DNA of 64,000 nt from NCBI GenBank assembly GCA_023920165.1, contig CP089281.1, forward strand, positions 806,001 through 870,000, in the 5' to 3' direction. Both the position numbers and the translations under genes were made by a program. Below the pieces are notes generated by a model that did not search any database, was not told where the DNA came from, and saw only the letters and a program-made list of their open reading frames with translations. Positions 27,501 to 40,731 of this stretch are shown piece by piece. The DNA comes from Curvularia clavata (taxonomy: Eukaryota). Positions within the stretch are counted from its first letter, which is position 1, and every line of letters begins with the position of its first letter.

Positions 27501-28607
27501 CAACCAACCGGTACAATGTGCTCAAGGAATGCCGTGTCAACGAAATCAAGATTCCGCTTACTGAAGACTCGCGTCCACTGACTTCGTTACCCATGACCGA
27601 CATGCCACGACCAGATGCCGATGCAATGGATATTGACGAGGACCCCGATTCAACTCAGATCCAACCTGCAGAGGTAGATGATTACGGCATAGAGGTGGAC
27701 TTTGAGGAGCTGGAAGAAGAGCTGAGGACGGAGATTGTTGAGATACTTGAGAGCGTGAGTACATCAAGAGTGCGTAATTCGCTAGGATTCACTAACATGT
27801 TTCAGGAGGACGATCAGGACGAGCGTGTTCAATCGCAAGCCGGAACTCGCCTCAAGGCTGCCGAGTCCAAGTTGACCGATGTCATCACCAATCTGGAGAC
27901 CGACATCAACAAAGCGACGCCAAACATGCGCGCTGCTGAGCGTCTTGCTGCCACAGAGACACGACTGAAGGCCATCGATGAGGCGTTTGCCGAGACACGC
28001 AAGCGTGCGGCAGCGGCGAAGAAAGCCTTCGAGGAGGTTAAGACAAAGCGTTACGACCTTTTCATGAAGGCATTCAACCACATCTCAGAAAACATTGGTG
28101 GAACATACAAGGACCTGACAAAATCCCCACAGTTCCCACTGGGTGGACAGGCCTACCTGGATATGGAGGACAGCACAGAGCCATATCTTGCTGGTCTCAA
28201 GTACCATGCCATGCCACCGCTCAAGCGTTTCCGTGATATGGAGCATCTCTCTGGTGGTGAGAAGACCATCGCTGCATTGGCTCTGCTGTTTGCCATTCAC
28301 AGCTACCAGCCATCTCCCTTCTTCGTTCTCGATGAAGTTGATGCGGCGCTGGACAATGTCAATGTTAGCCGCGTGGCCAAGTATGTGCGCGAGCATGCTA
28401 GCCCGGGTATGCAGTTCATTGTCATTTCGCTCAAGGCCGGCTTCTTCCAAGAGAGTGAGACGTTGGTCGGTGTTATGCGGGATCAAGGCAAGATATCGAG
28501 TAAATACCTGAGTCTGGATGTAAGTTACCTTTGCTCTCACTTCTGCCACCCTCCTCTAGAGCACGTGCTGACATTTTTTGTAGCTCAGGAAATACCAGCC
28601 CGCGTAG
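24568..28607 (+). CDS. SMC1: Cohesin subunit SMC1 (Psm1)
   Basis: MGKLVRLEIYNFKSY, Walker A GPNGSGKSN, ARNFLVFQGDVE, hinge region, signature LSGGEKT, Walker B FFVLDEVDAALD. Introns 24599-24647, 27755-27805 and 28520-28583; ends LRKYQPA*. Confidence 0.96.
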
Positions 28608-29066
28608 GCTCGTATATATGGATATGTAACGTGATTTCGCCATTGCTATGGCAACACTTGTTTTTTATGACTCGGGCATGGAGGGTACGCTGCACTTTCT
28701 ACCTGTGTGTTGTATGCTCTATCAGATACGTATGGCAACAAAGTATAGTAGTTTCTTACTAGAAAGAAATCAGTAGAAAGAAAACTATGAACAAAACCAT
28801 TGGTTGACTCGACGCGTCCTCGTCGACGCGAGTTCCCGTGATCAATCTGCGACTTGCCTATCCCATCATAGCTCCGTTCACGGACATGGTGCGAGCTGGA
28901 AAAGCAGCGACATTAATTGGATAAGAGGCCTCCAGGCATGAACTGGAATTCTAAAGAGCCGCATCTCTGAGTCATCGCCTTGGCTGGGAAAGATACATAT
29001 CCCTTCCCATCCCGAGGTTTCGATGTTGCTGTGCTACATGAGGTTGCCTGCACGCAACACCCCGCA

Positions 29067-30821
29067 ATGGCACCAAATGGATCCTCGCCCCAGAACCAAC
29101 TCTCCAGCGAGACTGCACCACTGTTAGGCGGGCCATCTCCCGAACACAGAGGAGATGTCGAGCAACAAGCCAGTCGTAGCGACGCTTCCAAGCATCAGGG
29201 GTTGCCGGAAGTCAGGAAGCGTATGAAGTACATATTCCCTGCGATAGCTATTGGTGTAAGCCCAGAACATTCTTCAAGACATATATTTCAACCCATGACT
29301 ACAGACACAAAGCTAACAGGTACGCTCTAGGTCTTCCTCTCAGCAGCAGACCAAACCTTCGTAGTAACCACCTACGGTATCATCGGCACGGACCTACACG
29401 CACTATCCTCAACCTCCTGGATCGCAACCGGCTACTTCCTTACGCTCTCCGCCTTCCAACCTCTCTACGGCAAGCTCTCCGACATCTTCGGCCGCAAGCA
29501 ATGTCTCCTCTCCGCGTACCTGATCTTCGGCATCGGATGTATAGGATGTGGCCTCGCGAGAACGATCGGCGAGCTTATTGCTGCAAGAGCATTCGCGGGT
29601 ATAGGAGGGGGCGGCATGAGCGTGTGCACGAGCGTCTTGATGAGCGATATCCTCGGCTTAAGGGAAAGAGGTGCCTGGCAGGGCTATATCAATCTGATAT
29701 ATGCTGTTGGTGCTGCTGCAGGAGCACCGCTCGGCGGGTTGCTTGCGGACAGCATTGGATGGCGGTGGGCGTTTTTGGTCCAGGGACCAATGTGTGCCCT
29801 TGCTTTGATAGCTGTGGCCCTGGTGCTGCACCTCCCGGAACAAGATCAGTCGCATTGGAAAGAGAAGGTTAAGAAGATTGATTTCCTGGGCGCCGCCATC
29901 TTGATTGTGGCGGTGTTCGGGCTCTTGGTTGGACTTGATCGCGGCTCCAATGTTTCTTGGAGCAATCCGGTGACCGTTGCTGGACTCGCTATGACGCCGT
30001 TGTTTGTGGTGTTTGTCTTCGTGGAAAAGTATGTGGCTAGTAACCCTTTCGCACCTGGTCACATTATTCTCAACAAGACGCTATTTGCATGCTACCTGTG
30101 CAATTTCTTCTCATTCGGCGGCTGGCTCGCTGCCCAGTTCTTCTTGCCGCTCTATTGGCAGGTCATTGGCGACTATGACGCTTCAGAGGCTGGGTTGCTT
30201 CTGGTCCCATCTGTCATCACTAGCGTCCTAGGTTCGCTTTTCGGTGGCTTCTACATGAAGCGTACGGCGAAGTATTACTGGATCACAATTTCGGCATTCA
30301 CAGGTCTCACTGTTGGTCTTTCCCTTATTCTCATATTTGCTGGGGCATTGGCACAGAGTATCCCGGTCATGGTCGTAGGGATAGCCATATGCGGTTTTGG
30401 TCAAGGTCTCGGTGTAACAACCACGCTCATCGGGCTCATCGCCAACGCGGCACATGCAGACCAGGCGGTTGCAACGGCATGTTCTTACCTTTTCCGCTCT
30501 CTCGGCTCTGTATTTGGCATTTCGGTGTGCGCAACAGCATTCAACCAGACTCTGCGCAAATCGCTTCAAGATGCGCTCCAGGGTGACGACAACGCCGCCG
30601 AGATCGCAGAGAGAGTTAGAGCTGGCTTGGCGTACTACAGATCTCTTGATCCTGAACTTAAGATCATAGTCAGAGAGTGTTATGGAAAAGCTACGAGAAT
30701 GGCGCTGGGAGTGGGCATTGGTCTTGCTGCCAGCAGCGCACTTTTGGCGTGGTTCATCAAGGAAAAGAGTCTTGAGGACAACAAAGCTACAGAGGAAGAG
30801 ACGGATGGGGTCGAAGAGTAA
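29067..30821 (+). CDS. MFS 14-TM transporter (DHA2/Vba-like)
   Basis: VFLSAADQT, LYGKLSDIFGRK (motif A), RAFAGIGGGG, GWRWAFLVQ, KIDFLGA. Intron 29256-29330. Confidence 0.9.
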
Positions 30822-32056
30822 AACTGGGTTTCGGTGATGCTTGGGGTTGTGGCACGTCCCGATATTGCTCTCAGTCATACTGGTATTATGTCTGCAGCCA
30901 TTGGGAATTATACAGCGAATTGGAAACAGCTGTCACAGACGTAAGCGTCTTTAGTGCTTCCTCGACCCTTGAAAGTAGGTTATCAATCGTTTCTTTGTCC
31001 AAACACCTTCGTCAGGGCTGCTCGCAAATAAGCAATATAGTCTGGGGGTATAATTCTCCTTAATGTAGATAGTAGGCTGTGGGCTGTCCTCCATATTTTA
31101 AATCAGTCACTCCTTTACACGGCCCTTAGTCTCACACAAACAAACAATTCTTTTCAACAGCTTGCCTCAAACATTTCGTCATCTTGGTATCCGTATCCGA
31201 CATCGTGGGAGGACATGCACGAGGTCGGCGCTAGCAAGACCGATGATCGACAATATGCCACGATCGATGCCTGCAGTCGCACATTTGCTTCTCCCAGCAG
31301 ATTACCGTACACCACTAGGCACAACATCTCGATCACAACCGGCAGGTGAATTTAAGGCTACTGGTCACGCTACATGCTATCTGAGCGCCTCGATGACGTG
31401 GTACCAGACACCACACTTCTGAGTGTGTTTCTCAAGAAAATGATGTCACATGCACAGTACGCTCACGCTTTGACCATTGCACACACGAGGCTTATACTTT
31501 GGGAAACAATACGAGACGTCAGACCGTACACGCAGTCCGCCTCACTCATTACCAATTTCAGACATTGAAACAATACGGTGTAGACGCTTTCGGTCTGTAT
31601 CAAGTCCGTCGGGCCGAGAGAATCGGTCCTGGACATCAACACCACAGGGTCCAGGAATGGGATTTACTCCAGACAGTGGTACACAAGGCAATGACGTCAA
31701 TCTCCAAGTGTGCACGTTCCTGGTGCGGCCCGTAGCCGTGGGTATCCCAATTGAGAAAAAGCAAGGGGCCACCAATGGCGCTTTGCCAGCTGTACAAATT
31801 GATCATTAAGCATGAGACCGTTCAGACGGGGCAGGGTTAGTATGGGGAATGCTCGCTTCGGAGCTTATGACGATCATGCTAATGAGCCATGGGTCTGTTT
31901 AGTTTATATGTATGCGTTTAGACTAGAAGACCCTATGGCTGTGTTGGTTTAAGCTTTTAAGCTACCGAGACCCTTTTCTTTCTCTTAACGCGGGATTCTG
32001 TCCTGTATTATCAGGGAAAACAGATCCGAAGAAGACTCCCTCCAACAATACAAGAG

Positions 32057-33981
32057 ATGGGTATTGCTGTAAGTATTGGTGCGTAAAAATGGAGCACATG
32101 GTCTGGATGAAATGCTAAAGCTTGACCAGAACCCTTATACTGATCCTGCAAACGTTGTGCAGGCGCTTGTGTACATTCTTGCTGGGGTCTTTGACGCTAC
32201 AAAGGATCTATATCGCAACTTGGCGATCAAGGAACAGAGAGAGTATGAGCAGAATCTCAGGAGCAAAGGCTACCCAGCCTCGAGGAGAATCGAATACGTC
32301 AGGGATGAGAGACTGGGCAGTGAAGAGGCCATCATGACGGACAGGAAGGCAGTCGTCCGGCAGTTTGAGATTGGATACCATGCAATGGGCACCGAGTATG
32401 CAATGGGCGACGGTATGCTCTTTTCTATCGTACAGTCCATCATGTTGGTATTTGGAAGACATCAATAGCATTGCTGCACCCTTCCATTCACTTTCGAAGT
32501 GGGTCGGTTCTTGTAATATACCCAGCTAACAAGACATCCCAGTAACTGCCGAAATAGAGCTTCAGTCCCAGATCATCACCCTGCAAAGCGTCTTGGTGAC
32601 AACTACCATATACGGGCCTGGATCGACGGATTCAATTGCACATCAGTTGTCCAACATCAACACGGCATCCAGGGCAGCAGCGGCGAGATCGATTGAGATT
32701 CTGGCCCAGCTACAAGAACGCCAGATGGACGACCGGTCAGTCTCCCCGCGGTCGATGCACTCGGCTGCTACACTGCGTTCGAGCCCACGTCCGGCGCCTT
32801 CGCATGCGGAGTCTCATCATAGTTCCTATGCGCCGTCTATTACGCCTTCTCAATCGATATCTTGCGCGCGGGGAGTCACTGTTACTGTCGACCCACCTAA
32901 GGCACCTTCAAAAGCCTCGTCCCACGCTCCGTCTCAGGCACCTTCGAAAGCTCCATCAAAAGCGCCTTCGAAGGCACCGTCTCAGACTCCGTCACAGGCT
33001 CCGTCAAAGGTTCCGTCACAAGCTCCATCCAAAGCGCCATCGCAGGCTCCATCTAAAGCGCCATCACAGGCTCCGTCAAAAGCACCATCCCAAGCACCAT
33101 CAAAGGCACCGTCTCAAACCCCATCAAAGGCTCCGTCTCAGGCGCCTTCAAAAGTTTCATCAAAAGCACCATCAAAGGCACCATCACACGTATCATCGCA
33201 CGCACCCTCGCGAGTCCTGTCAATTCCCCAACCACCAATGGGCTCAAACTCACCTTCCGTGGTGTCCGTAAAGAAAGAGGAACCGACCGTCGTTCGAAGC
33301 GGCAGTCCAGTCAAGACCACGATACTCGACGGGCAACCACCAGCCGACTCCTCCTCCTCCTCTAATGCATCCAGCACATCGACGACGGGCCCACCGCCCT
33401 CATCCGCCCCGACATCCGCCCCAGGAAACCTATACTGTCCCTACGCCTACGACCTGCAGCGCGACCCCACGCAAGCCCTTCACAGCAGCATCCTCAGCAC
33501 CAGCGACCCGCGCTGCCCACACTGCACCAGCCCTCTGCACCTCTCACCAGGAAAAGCCTGGGAAATCTCCAAATGGGCAAACGACACGGAACGCACGTTC
33601 CAGGTCCAAAACCGCTTCGTAGTAAAGTGCCATCGGGACGGGCCAGACGGCCAGTATTGCTGTGTCATTTGCTCAAAGTATGCGGATGCGGATACAGTCT
33701 GTGGCGATGTCAAGGCGCTGGTTAAACATCTTTCTGAAGAGCATGATGTGCGCGAGTTGAAGCATGAAGAGGATGTCGTCGAGGTTATCGAGAAGGTGGT
33801 CCTCAGGGGCAAGAGGGATAGTGGCGTCGGGGGATATCCGAGGGGACCCTCGATTAGGACGAGGAGTAGGAGTCGCAGGAGGAGTGTAAGTGTTATGTCG
33901 GGGAGGGGGCTAAGGAGGAGGAGCTTGGGTGGATTGGATAGGGAGGTGGATATTTTTGAGGTGAGGTCGTTGAGGAGGTAG
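32057..33981 (+). CDS. Hypothetical protein: helical N-domain, (APSK/APSQ)n linker, C-terminal Cys/His putative Zn-binding domain
   Basis: Exons 32057-32068, 32130-32412 and 32543-33981 join in frame by canonical introns. C-terminal CPY..CPHC..KCH..CCVIC..H..H. Confidence 0.7.
32902..33213 (+). repeat. Coding 12-bp minisatellite, about 26 tetrapeptide units (A/T/V)-(P/S)-S-(K/Q/H/R)
   Basis: The translation shows APSK/APSQ repeats, encoded with varied synonymous codons. Confidence 0.9.
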
Positions 33982-33995
33982 GTAGGTAGGTAGGT
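33978..33995 (+). repeat. (GTAG)n microsatellite
   Basis: gtaggtaggtaggtaggt overlapping the stop codon. Confidence 0.7.
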
Positions 33996-34692
33996 GTGGG
34001 GGGATTGGGTTTGGGTTGATGTCTCTCTTCTCTTCTCTTTGCCTTCGAGAATTATGCGTTTATTGCTGTAGATGTAAGTTACGAATTTTCTTTGTTGTTT
34101 ATATTATGAATTTTGTTCTCATGACGAACGAGGTTGAGGTAAGTAGGGGGCCTGTTTCCTTGCTGTAGAATATTTATGATTGCGTTTCTTTATTATAGGA
34201 TCTTTGCTTTCTCTCCAGCATGTCGTGTTGTTCAGATAGCTTAAATATCAGGACAGACTGGCAATCTTTTGCCTCGAATTACAACACGTGTTGTTGTAGA
34301 ACAATATTTTCTTGCGTGAGTAGGCCCAGGAGACTAGGCTCCGACTGTTCTTTCGACTGCTCTTCACGTTCGTATGTATCCACCAAACACATCTTAAGAC
34401 ACTATGTTTGAGTCGCCTGGCTCTAAAACAAGGTTAATTCCAACAAACACCTAAGGATGCAGAGATCGAAGTTCCTGAAACAATCTTTTTCACGTGCATA
34501 ATTACGGTATTTCTTTTCACTCAGAAAGTAACTGGCACCTAATTCAATTATTTGAAAATCAATGAAACATAATTAATTTCCCTACAGAGAAAGCTACACA
34601 TCTTCACAGATGGGGTTTTCTTCCCCAATATTATCCAAACCTCACAGAAAGTAGACGTAGAATGGATATCCAAAGTTTGTACAACAAAGATC

Positions 34693-36653
34693 TTAGAAAT
34701 GAGGGGTGTTGAGTGCCATGAGGCACAAAAGACCGGAAATAAGACCGGCGACGGGAAGAGTAAGGACCTAGGCCATGTTAGTGAAGTGCAAATCAACGAC
34801 ATCTTCAAAGACGTACCCATCCAGAGAAGATGAAAGCAATCTGGCGCCAGTTGACAGCACCAAGATCGTAATTCATCAGTGCAACACCAACCGCCGAACC
34901 AGTCAAGCACTGGGTGGTTGACACCGGCAGTCCGAGCCTCGAGGCCAGCAGGACAGTAACGGCCGCACCCAGCTCGACGGAGAAACCACGAGTCGGTGAC
35001 ATCTGAGTGATCTTATTACCAAGCGAACGAACAATGTGGTATCCATAGAACCAGAAACCGAGACCGAGCAACAGACCAGCCACAATCAACATGAAGATGG
35101 GAGTGCCGGACCTGGTTGCTACCTCTCCAGCCCTAAAAGTCTGGTACACGGCCGACCAAGGGCCAACTGCATTCGCCACGTCGTTGGAGCCGTGAGCAAT
35201 CGACATCATCATAGCTGAAATGACCTATTTTTGTTAGCGTACAGCTGAGCCGTAGTCGGAGATATCTTACTTGGCAGTAAGTCCAGAGATGCTCGACGCG
35301 AACATCGTAGCGTCTGGCCTTGGAGTGGATAGCGCGAAGCAAGTCGTTATCGTGCGTAATGACATCGCGCGTGACTCCCTGGAGAAGCGCGAATTTGGTG
35401 TAGTTCCACCACTTTTTCGTATTGAACCAAGAGAGGTCCTTGACGGGAAGGATCCAGCGCTCATACGGCTCAGGCTTCTTCCGAACAAGTTGTTGGGTAG
35501 GAGCTCCGGATGTTTCTTCCACACGTGGCTTTTCAGGGTCACTGGGTAGAACTCCGTCGTTGCTGTGTTTTGCGGATCCAGATGCGGAACCATTGTCGAC
35601 TTTGCTGATGCTATCGTCTTGAGCAAGTTGCTTGGCAGTGCCTTTTTCGTCTTTTGTACCAGCGTGGACCTGACCATAGGCGTCTTCGTAGTAGTTGGTA
35701 ACGTATTCGTTACCCTTGCCAGGCCAGAAAAGGTGGGTGTTTTCGTTGAGTAGCTTGGGGCCGAGGATGACGTGCCAGATGCGAACGCGAGGGTCCTTCA
35801 TGATCAACTTGCGTTTGAAGAAAGGGACGAAGAATACGTAGCAGATGATTAAACATCCAAAAAAGACGCCGAGGATGATACCGCTGGCCTTTCCGGCACC
35901 GAATTCCTCAAGTGAGGGTGCAGTAGGAGCTTCGACAACGATGAAGAGAGCAAGGATGGCTCCTGTTAGAGCGAAGTAGAAGGGGATGAGGCGCATGGCA
36001 TTCTTGAATGGGTCCTTGCGCTCGAGAACCGAGTACTTTACTGTACCGAAGATGATGGCGGAAAAGGCACCAGCAATCAACGGTGCAATAGCCCAGGAGG
36101 CGGCGACTTGTGATACAGAGCCAGACTCCCACCCCCATTTGGCATCGGTTTGACTGGCAAATCCGGCTCCGACGATTGCACCCACGATAGTCTGAGTAGT
36201 AGAGACTGGCATACCCCAGTGGGTGGCAAACATTAACCAAGTTGCACTACCGACCTCTGATGGTTATTAGCTCGGCATCTTGATGATAGTGTTGTATATT
36301 CTCACCAGCGCAACCCATAACCAACATGAGCGCACCCGGGTGGCCATCGAAGCGTTTGATGTCGATGATACCATTCTTGATGGTCGAGGTTACTCGAGCT
36401 CCAAGTGCAACAGCACCAACGAACTCAGTGATGATGGCAAGAGGCCCAACCTGGACCATGGTCAAGGTGCGGGCCGCGACAGAGGCTGTGTTGATAGTCA
36501 GTCGGCATTGCTTAGATATGCATGGGCCCGTTGATGCTTACTCGCATAGGCATTGGCGACATCATTGGCACCGTTACCAAAGGCAGAAAAGACAAAGGCA
36601 ATAGTGGTGATTGCAAGAATCCAGTCATACTTTGCCGTCGCTGAAGACGCCAT
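34693..36653 (-). CDS. PHO89: Sodium/phosphate symporter, PiT family (Pho89/Pho-4-like)
   Basis: Both PiT signatures are present (GANDVAN and HGSNDVANAVGP), with PVSTTQ twice. Introns 36486-36541, 36257-36305, 35225-35270 and 34768-34816; ends LNTPHF*. Confidence 0.93.
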
Positions 36654-38394
36654 GTTGACGGTGCAGATATGGAATCGCAGTTTATGAGACCCAGGATACT
36701 GGAAAACCCGGTCAATCTTATATGTATGAGCAGAATGTACATGGAGCCCATGAACGATGCCAAGAGTAGGCTCGATGGCAGTGGAGAATGACAAGATCCG
36801 CCCAGAATATCAGACGGACCGCCGAGCATCAAGTCACGGGACGTCTTGGAGTTTAAATGGTCTTCAGCCATTGGAATGCCGTATTGAAGGTACGTTCCCG
36901 CTCTTGGAGAGGCCCCGCCAAGTGCATGAGACTTGCCCAGAGATTCCGCTCTCTTGTCTCCGCCTTGGACGCTGTGCAACCTGCAAACTCTGACAACCAA
37001 TAGGCGTGGGGTATGTAGGCACGCATAGGAGCAGTTGGATGTCGAGACTTCGCATGCGCCGAAGCGTGCAACACAGCCTTCCTATTGCTGGTGGGTTTGT
37101 TGGATCGAAGTGATGGATGCCATAATGAGATTGTGTCCCAAGACGACGCCAACAGCCTGACTGAAAGCCACTGCCCAGCACATGTGAGCTACTTGCACCG
37201 TGCTGATGCCGAATCAAATCTCATAGGTGACATTGTAGTGTGTGGTGATGGTTCACGGGTTTGATGGCAAGCTGCAAGGGGGTGTAGAGTGGGCTTATCC
37301 GGGCCTCTGTTCTGGTACGTTATGGCTTGGCACGACACGCGAAAATGGTTCGCATTTAAGCGTGTACTTGCTGTGCTTTAAACCGGCATCACTCGTCCTT
37401 TTGCTTGTCTGGGCCATAGTTTCCGGTTTTTGCCCTAGCCACAGTCAGCCTGGCGATTCTATTCCACGGGGCGAATACAACCAAACACGGACAAGAAACC
37501 CACAGCCGTACTCAACCACAACTGAAACACAACAATATGTCGCATTTGATTTCCGGCAAAGAATAAATTTGACAAGCTACATACTTCTATTTTTGTTAGC
37601 TTTTTCACAATTATAGTGCTGCATTTCTTCTATGAAGCCTATTAGTAAGTCAACAGCGTTTGGTTTCATTTGTCTAGGGGTGAAAGGCTGGCGCAGGGGG
37701 GTGCCTGCATATGTCGATGGTAAGATGGTGGAACGATGAGGTGGTGAGATATCAGTCCCTAATTAGTGATGATGCAGGAAGCCCAACACCGCAGTAAAGG
37801 ATCACGTGCACCCAGAGAGCAGGCGACAATGAAATTTGCCGGCACAGTCTGGGGTAGGTTGAGATCGCTGGTAGCACAGAGATCTGGTACTCGACGCAGC
37901 AGCTGCAACAGCGGCTTCACTACATATCAATATCACTTTTTTCCTATTAGCAGGCTGCGACGGGAGATGTGAGGCGCGCACCGACCTCGGTTGCGTCATT
38001 ATTATATATCCCGGTAATGAGGCGAGCCAGGGCGGTGGCTTTGTAAAAGCACACCACAGCAAATGACGCTGCCGGGAAGAAGGGTGCAGCGAGGCTGCCG
38101 GTAGTGATTGAGCGAATGCAAGATGAGCGGGCTGAAAGACCAGTGACTGGTAACTTTGTCGCGTGGGCGTGCTTTCCCCACGCTTCCTCAGTGACCCCCG
38201 CCAATCGCCCGCGATTAAAAATTAGCTTACCTCCGAGCTCGCAAACGGACCGCCAGCTCGACTCTCCTCGGACGGTGTGCCGGCCGACTCACCTCACGTC
38301 GCCTTGACTCAACCCACTCCTTCACTGACCTCTGCGACTTGCTTTGAGGCCAATTGCACTCGCTGAGCCCCGGACGACCGTCTACTCGCTCGCC

Positions 38395-40731
38395 ATGGCA
38401 TCTGTCAAGGAAGAAGTGCGCGAGGTGCTCCTCGGCACCACGGAAGAGCCCCAGCTGTCACAACTCACGCGCGCCGCCTTTATGAAGCACGCCCACAAGG
38501 ACGAGTCAGGCGAGTACTTTCTCAACGAGGACGAGTTCATCACGGCCGTCGCGCCAGAGGGTGAAGACTACGTAAGTATGCGAGGGTGTGCCGTCTTGTG
38601 TTGTTGTTGTTCCAAGTTGCAAGTTCCACTAACGGCGCAACCGCTTGTAGCACAAGATCAAGCGCTACCAATACGGTATCCTCTTCCAGGTGGCCGACCG
38701 TGATCAGAAGGGCAAGGTCAGCATCCACGACTGGTCCGTCTTCCAGAACCTGCTCGCAAAGCCCGACGCCGAGTATGAGGTCGTCTTCCGCTTCTTCGAC
38801 AGGCGGCGCACAGGCTACATCGACTTTGACGAATTCTACCAGACATGGAAGGCACACAAGACGGAGGACAGCCTGCCCTTTGACTGGGAAGGCCAGTGGG
38901 CGGCTCTATACATTGGCTCCAAGAAGCACAGGCACACCATGACGTACCCTCAGTTTGCTCAGTTGCTGCGCGGACTGCAGGGCGAGCGAGTGCGTCAAGG
39001 CTTCACATATTTTGACAAGAACCAGGATGGCTTTATTGAGCCCGAGGACTTCCAGCGGATCATACGCGAGACGGCGAGCCATAAATTGTCCGACTACCTG
39101 CTCGAGAATCTACCAACACTGTGCAACATTTCGACGGGCAGCAAGATTTCGTACGCCAACGTCCGCGCCTTCCAGAATGTCATTCAGCAGATGGACATGA
39201 TTGAGCTCATTGTCCGCAACGCCACGCAAAAGAGCTCCGACGGCAAGATTACCCGTACAGACTTCCTCAATGAGGCAGCGCGCATCAGCCGGTTCAACCT
39301 GTACACACCCATGGAGGCAGACATTCTGTTCCACTTTGCGGGCTTGGACGAGGCGTCTGGCCGGCTCGGCTTGCGAGACTTTGCTCGGGTGCTGGACCCG
39401 TCATGGCACAAGATGGGATCTCTGGCTGGTGCTACGGTTGCTGACGCAGGACAGAAGGTGTTTGCGACGACAAAGTCAGTATGGCACGACGTGCTTGAGT
39501 CTGTCCATCACTTTGCGCTCGGATCACTGGCTGGTGCGTTTGGTGCTTTCATGGTCTACCCCATTGACCTGGTCAAGACGAGGATGCAGAACCAGAGAAG
39601 CTCGGGTGTCGGCCAGGTCTTGTACAAGAACTCGCTCGACTGCGCCAAGAAGGTTATCAAGAACGAAGGATTCAAGGGTCTCTACTCGGGTGTTCTTCCC
39701 CAGCTTGTTGGTGTAGCGCCAGAGAAGGCCATCAAGCTGACGGTCAACGACCTGGTCCGAGGCAAGCTGACGGACAAGTCGACGGGCCAGATCAAGTTTG
39801 CCTCTGAGATGTTTGCGGGTGGAGCTGCGGGTGCCTGCCAAGTGGTAAGTGACCTGGGGATTACCGCGCGGCTAGCCAGCAGTGGGGAATGAGGCTGACA
39901 CGAGGCATTACAGGTCTTCACCAACCCACTCGAGATTGTCAAGATCCGGTTACAGGTCCAGGGAGAATTGTCCAAGAACGTCGAGGGTGTTCCCAGGCGG
40001 TCGGCCATGTGGATTGTGCGGAACCTGGGTCTCGTTGGTCTCTACAAGGGCGCCAGTGCTTGCTTGTTGCGTGATGGTATGTAGGGGTCTTGGGTTCAGG
40101 AACAACACGAGACTAACATGTGATCTAGTTCCCTTCTCGGCCATCTACTTCCCCACGTACAGCCATCTGAAGAAGGACTTTTTCGGCGAGAGCCCACAAA
40201 AGTCGCTGGGCGTGGTGCAGATGTTGACTGCTGGTGCCATGGCGGGTATGCCTGCGGCCTACTTTACCACACCATGCGATGTGATCAAGACACGACTGCA
40301 GGTAGAGGCGCGCAAGGGCGAGGTTGCGTACACGGGACTGCGGCACGCGGCTGCGACCATCTGGAAGGAGGAGGGATTCAAGGCGTTCTTCAAGGGCGGA
40401 CCAGCGCGTATCATGCGATCGTCTCCACAGTTTGGCTTCACGCTGGCTGGGTATGAGGTTCTGCAGCGAGGTAAGTAGGCAATGGGCGGCTATACAGGCA
40501 CATACTGACAAGTTGACAGCTCTGCCCATGCCGGGATCGTCTCACACGGACGCATCAAGCCTGGAACCATCCGTGGGGCTGGAAGAGGCAAAGGCACCGC
40601 TGCCGTACCTCCGCAGCCGCAACGCACTCAAAGTGATCCTTGACCTAGACGAGAACTTTGGCCGTCCCAAGATGCCCAAGGATGCAAAGTTTGCGGGGAT
40701 CCCTGGATTCGGCAGGAGGCCGGAGGCTTAG
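38395..40731 (+). CDS. AGC1: Mitochondrial Ca2+-binding aspartate/glutamate carrier (Aralar-like)
   Basis: N-terminal EF-hands ([12 protein letters not shown]) and three carrier signatures ([30 protein letters not shown]). Introns 38572-38650, 39845-39913, 40077-40128 and 40471-40519. Confidence 0.93.

Noticed and set aside
28520..28762. 81-aa C-terminal extension of SMC1 in the ORF track
   Set aside because: This is read-through of intron 28520-28583. Splicing gives the expected LDLRKY ending.
28808..28832. ACGCGT/ACGCG cluster with partial dyad symmetry
   Set aside because: It lies downstream of SMC1 and upstream of an MFS gene, is an imperfect palindrome, and has no supporting context.
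16995..30821. TF + flavoprotein + MFS transporter as a possible secondary-metabolite cluster
   Set aside because: There is no backbone enzyme (PKS/NRPS/terpene cyclase), and the genes are interleaved with housekeeping GPC1 and SMC1.
34805..34816. Apparent premature stop in PHO89 (GWVRL*)
   Set aside because: GTACGT is an intron donor; the last exon 34767-34693 restores the C-terminal helix.
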